Below, piece after piece: positions 51,299 through 60,858 of a DNA stretch of 64,000 nt (the first letter of the stretch is position 1; each line of letters opens with the position of its first letter). The notes below the pieces were generated by a model. The model did no database searches. It was not told the DNA's origin and saw nothing but the letters and a program-made list of their open reading frames with translations. The translations under genes and the position numbers were made by a program. Origin of the DNA: an uncultured archaeon (GTDB lineage: Archaea; Nanohalarchaeota; Nanosalinia; Nanosalinales; Nanoanaerosalinaceae); NCBI GenBank assembly GCA_964517675.1, contig CAZFEL010000001.1:387588-451587 (forward strand). Direction: 5' to 3'.

Positions 51299-51919
51299 TC
51301 ACCTGGTCGTGAACGTGTAGAGGTCGACGCCGATCCGGTCCTGGTCCCGGTCGTGGAATGCCATCGTCCGGGGCAGGCGGAAGCTGTACTCCTTCAGCAC
51401 AGCCGCGTCATAGTCTCGCTTCGAGGCGAACTCTTTTATAAATTGTCTGGTCCTGTCCGGGTCATCTTCGGTCCTGTGCAGCAGTGCAAACACCGTATCA
51501 GCCATCCTGAACCCGGCCTTCAGGAACCGGAGGTTCGCGTCCTCGTCCTGGATCCCGAATGGCGGGTTCATGATGACGGCGTCTGCGGTGTCCTCGACCT
51601 CCTTGATGGCTGCCTGATAGAAGGTGACATCGATGTCGTACTCATCCTCGATGGCCGCCAGGTTCTGCCGGGCGGTCTCGATGGCCTCTTGGTCGGTCTC
51701 ATAGCCCCTCGCGGTGAACCCGAGGAGCCCTGTCCCGATCGTCAGGATCCCGGTGCCGGCGCCCAGGTCGATGATGTCTGTCCCGTCGACGTGCATGCTG
51801 ATGAGCTGGAGGACGTCCGCGGCCACCTCCGGTGGTGTCGTGTACTGTTCCAGCGCCGGATCGGGGTCAGAGAAGGTCTCGAGCTTCGAGAGCAGTATCT
51901 TCAGCTGGCTGGTCTTCAT
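51299..51919 (-). CDS. SAM-dependent methyltransferase (METTL5/COG2263-type RNA methylase)
   Basis: DLGAGTGILTIG (motif I) and VIMNPPFG (motif IV). Confidence 0.85.
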   Translation of the reverse strand: MKTSQLKILLSKLETFSDPDPALEQYTTPPEVAADVLQLISMHVDGTDIIDLGAGTGILTIGTGLLGFTARGYETDQEAIETARQNLAAIEDEYDIDVTFYQAAIKEVEDTADAVIMNPPFGIQDEDANLRFLKAGFRMADTVFALLHRTEDDPDRTRQFIKEFASKRDYDAAVLKEYSFRLPRTMAFHDRDQDRIGVDLYTFTTR

Positions 51920-53803
51920 CTACATGTCCCTCAGCCGGTCGAGGATGAACCCGCGCTCGGCCCGCTCGAGATGCTGCTGGAAGTCCTCGAACCGGTCCGG
52001 GGGAACGACGATGTTGTCGATGCCTGCCTCGACGGCGGTCGTGATGAGATCTTCATCCGGGTCATCAAGGATGAGCGAGCACGCCGTCCCGTCGGTGGCC
52101 TCGACGGCCTCCTCGATCGCACGCTGGACCGCGGCTGCTGATCCCTGCTGCTGGAGGGAGGTGATATCGAGGAAGACATGGGTCGCATCGCGTTCCCTGG
52201 CCTCGACGAGCCGGAGGACGTCCGCGTAGTCCTCGACGAGGAACCCGCCGCCCTGGAAGCTGTCTTTCATCTGCTGGTGGATCCGCCTGTCAGGACTGCC
52301 GGCCTCAAGGACCCAGTCAGGATCCCTGACATCGCTGTATCGCAAGGCCACTGTTCCGTCTGCCTCCTCAAGCGTCTCGTTCACCGTCAGGATGCCGGTC
52401 GCGGTGATGGCGGGAGGCGTATCGGTCGCTGCCCTGTCGGTGTTCTCTGTGGTGGGTGTTCGTCGATCCTCTGCCGATCGTCCTGGACCACCCTCCCGGA
52501 CGGTACCTGTTGTACAGTCGACGGTCACGTCTGCACCGGGGTCCAGGATATCGGTCGCGTCCGTCCCGCCGACCAGCAGCGGGATACCGTCTTTCCTGGC
52601 CAGTGTCGCGAGGCTGGAGGAGATCCCACCTTTCTCGGTCACGATACCTGCTACGGAGCCGGCCAGGATACCGAGGGTGGCGGAGGCGTTGATGCTGGCG
52701 ACGACAGCCCCGTCGACATCCTCGATATCGCTTTCCTCGTAGACGATCGAGACCCTGCCGCTCCCTGTGCCTGGTGCGGCCCGGATGCCCTCGAGGAGCC
52801 CGTCGTCATCGGTCTCACGATCGTGGTCCTGTGCGCGTTCGATCCCTGTGACATCGAGGATGTATGTCTTGTTCCGTCCGATGGAGAAATCGACCCGGAC
52901 CGCTTGCTCGTGCTTTCTATCGATTTCCAGGGCCGTGTTGACGGTGCTGGAGAGCTGATCTGCGGAGAGGCTTCGTTCCTCCTGCTTGCTGTCTGGGACG
53001 CGGTGCTTGACGGTGCTCCCGGTGGCTGGATCGCGCTCGATCTTCCATTCCTTGGTGGCGATATCCCTCTCGCTGAGCCGACCGGTCTCGCGGTCGACAC
53101 GGAACCTGTCCGGGACGGTGGTACCGTCGGTGAGTGAGCTACCGATCCCGTAGACGGACTCGAGCAGGATCTCGTCTGTCCCGTTGAACGGGTTTCGGGT
53201 GAAGACGGTCCCGGAGACCTCCGGTTCGACCATACTCTGGACCAAAACGGTGAACGGGTCACTCGTACTGGCTTGTGATCGCCGCGTGATGGCGAGCGGA
53301 CTGTAGTATGATTTCCATGCCTCCTGTATCTTGCTCACGACGGCGTCTTTGCCGTTGATACCGAGGTAGGTGTCATAGATGTCGTCGGTACCGCCTCTGT
53401 CGTGTCCGCGGACGGCGACGAATGGTGTCTCACGCTGTCCGCCGACGAGCTCGACTGCCTTCTCGCCTGCGTTCCTGACCTTGTGATCGAGGTTGATCTG
53501 CTCGTATGCCTCTTCGATCTCCTCGATGCGGTGGTCTGGGATGGTGAGACCATCGATCCATGCCTGTATCCGCTCGCTCGTCCGCTCGATCTCTTCGTGG
53601 TCCTCGGGATCCAGCTGGTCAAGTACTGAGTCTATCCGGTCCTTCAGGTTGTTCTCGGCAAGCAGGTTCTCGAAGAAGTCGGCCTCGACGAGAAATCCTC
53701 GCGGGACGCTGTTTTCGCCGTCCATCAGTTCGCCGAGGGTCGCTGCTTTCCGTCCGACGGTGCGGGTGTCGCTTTCATCGACCTCCTCGAGCCAGTGAAT
53801 CAT
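51920..53803 (-). CDS. PEP-utilising-enzyme (PpsA/PPDK) homologue with a Ser in place of the phospho-His and a shortened C-terminal domain
   Basis: N-terminal PPDK_N ATP-grasp (GRKAATLGEL). Swivel motif GGISSSLATLARKDGIPLLVG compared with the canonical GG.T.HAA..AR..GIP.VVG. Tail has FLDITSLQQQ and AGIDNIVVPPD, remnants of the TIM-barrel domain. Confidence 0.8.
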   Translation of the reverse strand: MIHWLEEVDESDTRTVGRKAATLGELMDGENSVPRGFLVEADFFENLLAENNLKDRIDSVLDQLDPEDHEEIERTSERIQAWIDGLTIPDHRIEEIEEAYEQINLDHKVRNAGEKAVELVGGQRETPFVAVRGHDRGGTDDIYDTYLGINGKDAVVSKIQEAWKSYYSPLAITRRSQASTSDPFTVLVQSMVEPEVSGTVFTRNPFNGTDEILLESVYGIGSSLTDGTTVPDRFRVDRETGRLSERDIATKEWKIERDPATGSTVKHRVPDSKQEERSLSADQLSSTVNTALEIDRKHEQAVRVDFSIGRNKTYILDVTGIERAQDHDRETDDDGLLEGIRAAPGTGSGRVSIVYEESDIEDVDGAVVASINASATLGILAGSVAGIVTEKGGISSSLATLARKDGIPLLVGGTDATDILDPGADVTVDCTTGTVREGGPGRSAEDRRTPTTENTDRAATDTPPAITATGILTVNETLEEADGTVALRYSDVRDPDWVLEAGSPDRRIHQQMKDSFQGGGFLVEDYADVLRLVEARERDATHVFLDITSLQQQGSAAAVQRAIEEAVEATDGTACSLILDDPDEDLITTAVEAGIDNIVVPPDRFEDFQQHLERAERGFILDRLRDM

Positions 53804-53882
53804 GCCAGACTGTTGTGCTGGAGGGAATAAATAACTACTGGAGTACATATGAACGGAAGAGAACGACAGGGGAGGACGGTTC

Positions 53883-54407
53883 TTATGCGTCCTCGAGGTG
53901 GACCCTGAACTGGACAGGGATCTTCATACCTGCCCGCTCTGCGGCCTTGCGTGCGACCCGGACATCGCCTTCGTCGACGCGTGCGACGAGGACGTGCTGC
54001 TGGTCGTCCATGATAGCCGCGCGACCGATCGGTCGGCCGAACGGCTTCCGCATGCCCTCGTAGTACCGGTCAGCCTGTGCCACACCGGCCAGCGGGTGGT
54101 GCCGCAGGACGTGGTGGGGGTATGGCTTTATCTTGAGGTGGTACGTCTCGGGTGTCAGGTTGCGCCTGAGATATGAGTTGGCGGCGACACGGGAGGCCTC
54201 CAGGGCATTGGAACGGACGGAGCATTCCTCATCGACCTTGAGGACGACACGCTTGTCGAAGTCCTCGTTTTTGGCTCCCATCTCGAAGATCGTGATCTTC
54301 GGTGCAGGAGCTCCCTTGATGTAGTTGTCCTTGTCCTTCTTCTCGGACATCCGCGTGTACGGCTGTCCTGGAACGTCCCTGTAGATGCTTCCTGGTCGTA
54401 GGCCCAT
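53883..54407 (-). CDS. rpl10e: ribosomal protein L10e (uL16)
   Basis: MGLRPGSIYRDV..RMSEKK..LEASRVAANSYL..GMRKPFGRP. ATG at 54407. tttaaaag box upstream. Confidence 0.9.
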   Translation of the reverse strand: MGLRPGSIYRDVPGQPYTRMSEKKDKDNYIKGAPAPKITIFEMGAKNEDFDKRVVLKVDEECSVRSNALEASRVAANSYLRRNLTPETYHLKIKPYPHHVLRHHPLAGVAQADRYYEGMRKPFGRPIGRAAIMDDQQHVLVARVDEGDVRVARKAAERAGMKIPVQFRVHLEDA

Positions 54408-54465
54408 CGTGTCGTACCTCGATGACTGGATTGTGGTCAATTCTTTTAAACCCTGCCCGGCGCAG

Positions 54466-55728
54466 TCATCGCCGGACGAGGCTCTGGAACAGTTCGAACG
54501 TGTTTCTGCCACGCATCATCTCGTGGGCATCGCCACCGCCCATCGGGAAGGCCTTCGCCAGCCCGAAGTAGCTGGTGGTCTCTTCGTCCTGTTCGGCCCA
54601 GTACGGACGGAGCTTGCTCTCGATACCCCGGACATCCTCCCGGTTGTTGCCGGCGCCGCACGTGTTGCCGACACCGACGACGAGGACCTTGCCGTCAGTG
54701 TTCCTGATCTCGTCCCGGATGATATTGACGGCGTCCTCGTGTGCGTCCCAGATCTTTTTGTGCATCGGCTTAGATGCCTGGGGACCGCTTTGCTTGACGA
54801 CGAACCCCTCGAGGGGGAGGCCGTACTCGGTCGCGACCTCCTCGATCTTGCCCTTCTCGACACCTGGTCCGCCCATCAGGACGCCTGTCCCGTCGACGAT
54901 GGTGCCGGTCTCTTCCCCTTCGAACCGGAGGCCGGCATCGACGGAGATGATCTTGGCGAAGTCATCATCTTCGACCGCCTGCTCGATAGCGTTGCCGTAC
55001 TTGCCGAGCCTGGCGCCGGGACCTTTGCTCTTGATGACGGCGTACTCGTTGTCGCCCAGCTCCTGGTCCGTGTAGATGACATCGTCCGCGATCTCCTCGG
55101 GCTCGGTCTCGCCGTCGATCAGTTTGGCGGCGATCAGCGGCCCGACCGTGTCGCCGATCGGTACCTCGTTGACGAATGCTTCGGTGGCGTCTTTCTGGGA
55201 CTTGGAGAGTTCCGTGTACAGGGGCAGCATCATCTGGATCATGCCACCGAGCTGGTAGTTTTTCGTCTCCTCGACCAGGTTCTTGAAATGCCTGATCAGG
55301 ACGAACATCTGATGGGTGCCATAGACCCCTTTGAAGGCCATCGCGAGGTTGGCCTGTTCTTCTTCGTCAGCGTCAGGTGCGACGGTCGTGACGTAATCCT
55401 CCATCTTGTCGTCGGAGGAATCGAGGACGTGCTCGAGCTTATCGAACATACCTGCCGGGTCAAGATCGGACGGCGGCGAGACGACCATGTTTTTCATCGG
55501 CTCGAGGCTCTCCCGGACCTGTGGGGTGGGCTGCCCTGCGGCCGCATTGAGGAAGAGGTCCTCGGCATCCTGAGCATTGCTCTCCAGGTCGGTGAGTGCT
55601 GATTTTATCTTATAGACGATCTGGAAGAGCATGATCCGAGGGAGCAGGAGGAAGAACAGGAAAAAGGCCCCTATGGATATGGCTGTTTGGAGGATGCTTG
55701 CATCGCCACCGAGCATACCGAGTACCAT
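54466..55728 (-). CDS. conserved archaeal membrane-anchored protein (possibly DUF1512 family)
   Basis: N-terminal TM followed by a 380-aa acidic soluble domain. The family name is from memory only. Confidence 0.65.
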   Translation of the reverse strand: MVLGMLGGDASILQTAISIGAFFLFFLLLPRIMLFQIVYKIKSALTDLESNAQDAEDLFLNAAAGQPTPQVRESLEPMKNMVVSPPSDLDPAGMFDKLEHVLDSSDDKMEDYVTTVAPDADEEEQANLAMAFKGVYGTHQMFVLIRHFKNLVEETKNYQLGGMIQMMLPLYTELSKSQKDATEAFVNEVPIGDTVGPLIAAKLIDGETEPEEIADDVIYTDQELGDNEYAVIKSKGPGARLGKYGNAIEQAVEDDDFAKIISVDAGLRFEGEETGTIVDGTGVLMGGPGVEKGKIEEVATEYGLPLEGFVVKQSGPQASKPMHKKIWDAHEDAVNIIRDEIRNTDGKVLVVGVGNTCGAGNNREDVRGIESKLRPYWAEQDEETTSYFGLAKAFPMGGGDAHEMMRGRNTFELFQSLVRR

Positions 55729-55731
55729 TGA

Positions 55732-56424
55732 TCAGTCACCTGTGTTGTCTCTGACCTGCTTGAAGAACCCTATCAACGTGTGGGCTTCCTTCTTGTGCAG
55801 GAACGATCGACCGAGGAAGTTCGTGATACATCGCAGAATCCGTTCCTTCTCTGCATCAGTGTAGTCAAGTGTGGACAGCATGTCTTTAAATATGTTTGTG
55901 AGCGCCTCTCGTTCTCCTCTACTGCTCGCTTCTGGCTTCTCTCCGCCTTTACGGTGCTTGAAGCATTTGTAAAACAGGACAGAGGCTGCATGTGTTATGT
56001 TCATGACCTCATAATCATCGTCCGTGGGGATGGTGACGACAAGATCGCACAGCTGCAGTTCCTCGTTCGAGAGCCCTTTCGATTCCCGTCCAAGGACGAT
56101 GCCGATGGTGCCATCGACCTCGCTTGATCGTTCGGCCATCTCTTCGGGGCTGACGGCGTTCCGGAGGACGTTGGATGATTCTGATTCGTGTGCCGTCGTC
56201 CCGACGGCGAAATCGACCTTCTGGAGGGCTTCCTCCATCGTTTCGACGATCCTGGCGTCATCGAGGATGTCCTGGGCCTTGACGGCTGTGTTCCGTGCCT
56301 CTTCTCCGATGCTGAACTGCGGGTTGACGAGGATGAGCTCCTCGATGTCGAAGTTGGCCATCGTCCTGGCGAGAAAGCCCAGGTTGGCCTCGATCTCGGG
56401 TTCGACGACGATGCAGGAGTACAT
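55732..56424 (-). CDS. SpoU/TrmH-family RNA 2'-O-methyltransferase (TrmJ-like)
   Basis: VVEPEIEANLGFLARTMANFDIEELILVNP, IVLGRESKGLSNEE and MNITHAASVLFY. Confidence 0.85.
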   Translation of the reverse strand: MYSCIVVEPEIEANLGFLARTMANFDIEELILVNPQFSIGEEARNTAVKAQDILDDARIVETMEEALQKVDFAVGTTAHESESSNVLRNAVSPEEMAERSSEVDGTIGIVLGRESKGLSNEELQLCDLVVTIPTDDDYEVMNITHAASVLFYKCFKHRKGGEKPEASSRGEREALTNIFKDMLSTLDYTDAEKERILRCITNFLGRSFLHKKEAHTLIGFFKQVRDNTGD

Positions 56425-56540
56425 CGGTGCCGGTGTGGTCCGTCCACGTTTTTATACGTTCTCGCCGTCCCGGGACCAATCGGTGGATCGCTGGCCGAAT
56501 CCTCGCAGATTTTTTATAAGGTGGCCACGCATCTGGTACT

Positions 56541-57260
56541 ATGGAAGTGAAGGTCCTTGCGGCGGTGTTCCTGACGCTGTTCGGCATGGCCGTGGCCATG
56601 GGGCAGGGGGAACTGACCGCCGATGATCTGACGGACATGGGCGAGATCATGTCCAGGTTCCAGGACAACCTCCAGAAGGTCGGTGACTCCGGCAGCGGGA
56701 TCCTCGATGACATTGGGGGTGGTGGAGGCTCCGGAGAACCTGCGAACACGACCCTGTCGGCCTCGTTCACTGCCTCCGATGAACGGCGTTCGATACAGAT
56801 GCGGGAAAAGGTCGATGTGGTGGCGGTGAACGGCAGCGATATCAATATCAGTGTCTCGGGCCTCGATGCCAGTCCTGATTCTGCCTCCATCAGGCTCAGG
56901 AACTACACCGGCGATCTGGCCTTCGATGGCAACATCACGATGTCAGGGACGGCTGAAGTCGTATCCTTAGATGATCTGTCCTTCGATTCGGATTCCGCGG
57001 AGAGCATCGAACTGTACGTCGGTGACCCGACATCCCTGAAGATCGACCCGGTGCCCGGGACCGACATGGCGTTCAGCAGCGTCAGCGGAAGGTTCGCGTC
57101 CGACGGTAGCTTTGAACTGGGTGATGGGACCGCGGTGCTGCGATCGTTCACCGGTTCCTTCCAGAAGCGGTACGATGGGAACTACTCCCTCGATGGCAAG
57201 GTATACAGGGCGGTGCTCGAGGAGGGGAACTCGAGGACAGAGATCGGTGGCAGCGAGTGA
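56541..57260 (+). CDS. secreted hypothetical protein
   Basis: Signal MEVKVLAAVFLTLFGMAVAMGQG, acidic beta-rich body. ttttttataag box about 25 nt upstream. Confidence 0.6.
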   Translation: MEVKVLAAVFLTLFGMAVAMGQGELTADDLTDMGEIMSRFQDNLQKVGDSGSGILDDIGGGGGSGEPANTTLSASFTASDERRSIQMREKVDVVAVNGSDINISVSGLDASPDSASIRLRNYTGDLAFDGNITMSGTAEVVSLDDLSFDSDSAESIELYVGDPTSLKIDPVPGTDMAFSSVSGRFASDGSFELGDGTAVLRSFTGSFQKRYDGNYSLDGKVYRAVLEEGNSRTEIGGSE

Positions 57261-57455
57261 TTACTCCTCGATGTTGTCCTGGCTCCCGTCAGGGTTGACC
57301 TGGACGAGGGGCGTGTACGATCGTGTCTCTTTCTTACAGACTGTGACAGGTTCGTCCTCGTCTTCTGCCTTCGCCTCTGCGACAGTGATGGCGTTGATGT
57401 AGTTGCTGTACTCTTTTTCACCGCCTTTGAGCTTGAACATATCACTCATCGTCAT
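57261..57455 (-). CDS. hypothetical small acidic protein; start uncertain (57455, 57449 or 57440)
   Basis: MSDMFKLKGGEKEYSNYINAITVAEAKAEDEDEPVTVCKKETRSYTPLVQVNPDGSQDNIEE. Follows the membrane gene directly. Confidence 0.4.
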   Translation of the reverse strand: MTMSDMFKLKGGEKEYSNYINAITVAEAKAEDEDEPVTVCKKETRSYTPLVQVNPDGSQDNIEE

Positions 57456-57918
57456 CGACCTCCTGGAGGATGGCCATCTTCTCTTTCGATCCCGAACCGG
57501 AGTCGGGGTCAGAGGAATCGTCAGTGGTCGAGACGGAGGCGGTGTCGCTGCCTGTCCTGTCGATGAGCGAACTAACGACATTGCGGACCGTGCCGACTAT
57601 ATCCGTGATGATGCCCCAGAGGAGCGTGAGTATCCGCCACAGGATATTGACTGCCTGCTTGGCTGTCGAGAGGGTGGTATAGACCATGTACAAACCCACC
57701 CCGATCGCCATGAACAGGATGAACCGGGTCACGGTGAACCCTGGACCGATCCCCACGTACGCGAGGGCGACAAAGAACAGCCCGGAGAATATCGCCATGA
57801 GGACAAGGTCCATGATGGCCTGCATCAGTTTGTAGCCGACGATGAACAGGACCAGAAGGATGCCGATCAGGACGAGGTTGTTCACCTCGAGGAGCGTCGC
57901 GGCGATGTCGGCGACCAT
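57442..57918 (-). CDS. hypothetical 4-TM membrane protein
   Basis: 158 aa with four hydrophobic helices and an acidic S/D-rich tail. Confidence 0.65.
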   Translation of the reverse strand: MVADIAATLLEVNNLVLIGILLVLFIVGYKLMQAIMDLVLMAIFSGLFFVALAYVGIGPGFTVTRFILFMAIGVGLYMVYTTLSTAKQAVNILWRILTLLWGIITDIVGTVRNVVSSLIDRTGSDTASVSTTDDSSDPDSGSGSKEKMAILQEVDDDE

Positions 57919-57958
57919 ACAGGATAGATGTGGTCTGGGTGGTTAAAAACGCTGCCGG

Positions 57959-60832
57959 TCACCGTGGTGGGGGCGAACCGAACTGCCCGCCTTTCTCGCT
58001 TTCCTCGGGGACGAGACTGAGATACAGGATGACGCCGACGACGGTGAGGAGGATGACGGCGATGACGATGAACAGGATCGGCAGGCTGCCACCGCCGTCG
58101 CCACCGGTGTCGGGTTCGTCACCAGTATCGTTCTGGCCGCCGTTTTGCTGTCCCCCGTCCTGGCCGCCGGTCGAGGCCTGGGCGTCCTGGATGCTGGCCT
58201 GGATCTGGGAGTCAAGATCACTGGCGGTTGTGAGCTCCGATTCGGCCTCCTCGTAGTTCCCTGCAGCGAGGGCCTCCTGTGCATTGGTCACAGCTGCCTC
58301 CATGTCGGTTATCTGGTCCTGGATATCGCTGACCGATTCCGGACCCTGTTCCTGCCGTATGGATTCGACCTGGTCCCTGAACGACGATATCTGCTCCTGG
58401 TAGGAGGTGATGTCATCCTCCAGGTTCGCCCGCACCACCAGCTGGACCTCTGTCGTGGCCTCGACGCCCGTGCCGCTGGTCGCGGTGAGAGGTACCGGGT
58501 TGTCCTGACCGCGCTCTGTCCCCCCGAGCTCACTGGTATCGAGGCTGACGGTCGTCGTCGTTTCCTCGTCAGGACTGAGCGCGACCCAGCCGCCACTTTC
58601 GGTCCGCACCTCGTGTGTCAGGCCAAGATCCGAGCTCGTCACGGTGATGTTAGCTATATCGGTCTCGCCGACGTTGGTGAGTGTGAGATCGAACGTGACG
58701 GTATCCCCGGCTGTGTGGGTGCCGAGATCGGGTGATGGGGCGACGATCTCGAGCTCCCCTGCCGGGATGCTCACGTTGACAGTCGCCGGGATCCGGACCG
58801 CTTCGTCCCGATCGTTCGTGAGCGTGATATTGCCTGCGTAGTATCCGTTCTCTGCCGCGGTGACACCTACAGGGACGGTGAGGTTACCTACATCACCCTC
58901 TCCGAGGGCCTGCTGTCCATCCGCGATGATGTCCGATAGGTTGCCCTCGGTCCCGTAGCTCATGTTCGTCGCGGCCCCGCCGTTGCGTATCGTAAGCCGT
59001 ATGATGTCGTTCCCGCTCGTTATACGCTGATCGATCTCCGCATCCGCGACACAGAGAGATCCATTCGTATGGGCACACTCGAGCTGTTCGCCGACGGTGA
59101 AATTGACCGGCAGGCTCCTGTTGTACTGGATGACCGAGCCCTCGACCATGAACGTGATCGCACCGAGATACCGCTTGCGCTCGGCCAGAGAGAAGTTGAA
59201 CTCGAGTTCGGCCGCACTGTCCGGCTCGAGATCGACCGGCGGCCCGCTGAGATAGCTGACATCGTAGGTCGTCAGCCCGCTCAGGTTCTCGGACAGATGG
59301 ATCCGCACGGTCCCGGTTTCGGTGCCGTCGTTCCGCAACACGATGCTCCCGGTTTTCGTGCCCGCCGCATCGAACTGCTTCTCGATCTCTTCCAGGGAGT
59401 CGATATCCGTGATCCCATTGCTGATATCGACGACCTTGACATCCGATTTCTCGTCCCCGGAGTCATACACCTCAAAGGCGAACGTGTTGTTTCTGGAGTC
59501 GCCGAAGACGTCGGTGACGTCCGCGCGGAAGCTGTAGGTGCCTGTCGGTGCACCGGAGGGGATACTGGCGGCATACACGAGGAGGCGCTGTTCCTCCAGG
59601 TAGTTCTCATCCGGGATGGGCCCGTCCATCCCGACGGAGTCGTTCATCAGCTCGGTACCGTTGGGATACATGACCGAGACGTTGAACTTGTCGATGAGTG
59701 CCCGCTCGATCGGGATCCCGGTGAACTCCGCCACCGGGCCGAACACGAGGTCGATCTTGTTACCCTCGAAGACATACGATGCTGTCTCCTCGATCAGCCT
59801 GAACGAGCTCACGTTGAGATCTCGCGTGTCCGTCGTTGCCGAGAGGCTGTTCCGCGCATGGGCGGTCACTGCCAGTGCATCGCCGTAGGTCGTCGTGTTC
59901 AGGTCGGCCGGAACGGTGAAATTCGCCTTCCAGAGGTCCGTGGTATCGTCCTGGCTGTAGTTGAACGTGGTCAGGTTGTTGCCGTTGCCGTGGACCCACG
60001 CTGTCACGTTGTCCGCCGGTGCCCTGGTGGCGTTGAAGGTCGTGTTCAGCGTTGCTCCTTTCTCACATCTGGTCGTATCATCGTTGCATTCGCCCGCCGT
60101 GTTGTTGAGGGATACCGACCCATCCAGGCGTCGTTCGACAGAAATGACACGTGCCGTTCCCCCGGTCGCGTTGGTGTAGCCGACATCTGTCGTGTTCTGT
60201 GCGGTGACGTTGAGATAGTAGAACCGCCCGCTGGGATCGGGGATCGTGATATCGGTGCTGTAGTAGCCGTTCTGTTCGGTCATCGTCCCGCCGTCCACGG
60301 AGTGTTCGGTCTGGTTGATCAGGTTCCACCTGACGTCGATCCTGTCGTCGGTCTCGAAGCCGGTCTGGTTCGTCACGTTCGCCCGGAGGCTGTAGGTAGA
60401 TCCTTCAAGGAACGTCCTCCCGTGGGTATCGTTGAGCACCCGGACGGAAAGGTTACGGTCGGGGTCGAAGGTCAGGCTGTCCGTCGCGGTATCATCAGCC
60501 GAGACACCGTCACATGTGCCCTCGGCGAACAGGTCGATTGTTGTATCGAACGTGTTGACGGTGAGGTTGCCGTAGAAGTATCCCCTGCTCTCCGGGACGT
60601 AGGACATGTTCTGGTTGTCGGTCGTGTTGTAGTTGTACCTGACACTGACGGTACTGCAGTCATCGGGATCGACGGGTTCCCCGTCCTCCGTCACCTGCAT
60701 CACGGCGATGAGCTCGGAGTTGTTCGAGATCGACGTCGGTGCGGAGAACGAATCCGTGATCGTCCACGGGACGGCCGAGGCTGTCCCGATGAAGACAAGC
60801 AGGAGAGACAGCGCAAGAACGGCTCGCCGCAT
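57959..60832 (-). CDS. large surface protein (S-layer/adhesin candidate) with a C-terminal coiled coil and TM anchor
   Basis: Signal MRRAVLALSLLLVFIGTASA (ATG at 60832, atttaaatt box about 29 nt upstream; the ORF is open to 60871). Many beta-rich CARDB-like modules and N-x-S/T sequons. G/Q/D linker and TM segment ILFIVIAVILLTVVGVILYL. Confidence 0.8.
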   Translation of the reverse strand: MRRAVLALSLLLVFIGTASAVPWTITDSFSAPTSISNNSELIAVMQVTEDGEPVDPDDCSTVSVRYNYNTTDNQNMSYVPESRGYFYGNLTVNTFDTTIDLFAEGTCDGVSADDTATDSLTFDPDRNLSVRVLNDTHGRTFLEGSTYSLRANVTNQTGFETDDRIDVRWNLINQTEHSVDGGTMTEQNGYYSTDITIPDPSGRFYYLNVTAQNTTDVGYTNATGGTARVISVERRLDGSVSLNNTAGECNDDTTRCEKGATLNTTFNATRAPADNVTAWVHGNGNNLTTFNYSQDDTTDLWKANFTVPADLNTTTYGDALAVTAHARNSLSATTDTRDLNVSSFRLIEETASYVFEGNKIDLVFGPVAEFTGIPIERALIDKFNVSVMYPNGTELMNDSVGMDGPIPDENYLEEQRLLVYAASIPSGAPTGTYSFRADVTDVFGDSRNNTFAFEVYDSGDEKSDVKVVDISNGITDIDSLEEIEKQFDAAGTKTGSIVLRNDGTETGTVRIHLSENLSGLTTYDVSYLSGPPVDLEPDSAAELEFNFSLAERKRYLGAITFMVEGSVIQYNRSLPVNFTVGEQLECAHTNGSLCVADAEIDQRITSGNDIIRLTIRNGGAATNMSYGTEGNLSDIIADGQQALGEGDVGNLTVPVGVTAAENGYYAGNITLTNDRDEAVRIPATVNVSIPAGELEIVAPSPDLGTHTAGDTVTFDLTLTNVGETDIANITVTSSDLGLTHEVRTESGGWVALSPDEETTTTVSLDTSELGGTERGQDNPVPLTATSGTGVEATTEVQLVVRANLEDDITSYQEQISSFRDQVESIRQEQGPESVSDIQDQITDMEAAVTNAQEALAAGNYEEAESELTTASDLDSQIQASIQDAQASTGGQDGGQQNGGQNDTGDEPDTGGDGGGSLPILFIVIAVILLTVVGVILYLSLVPEESEKGGQFGSPPPR

Positions 60833-60858
60833 GGAATACATGTGACCGACGTTGGTAT

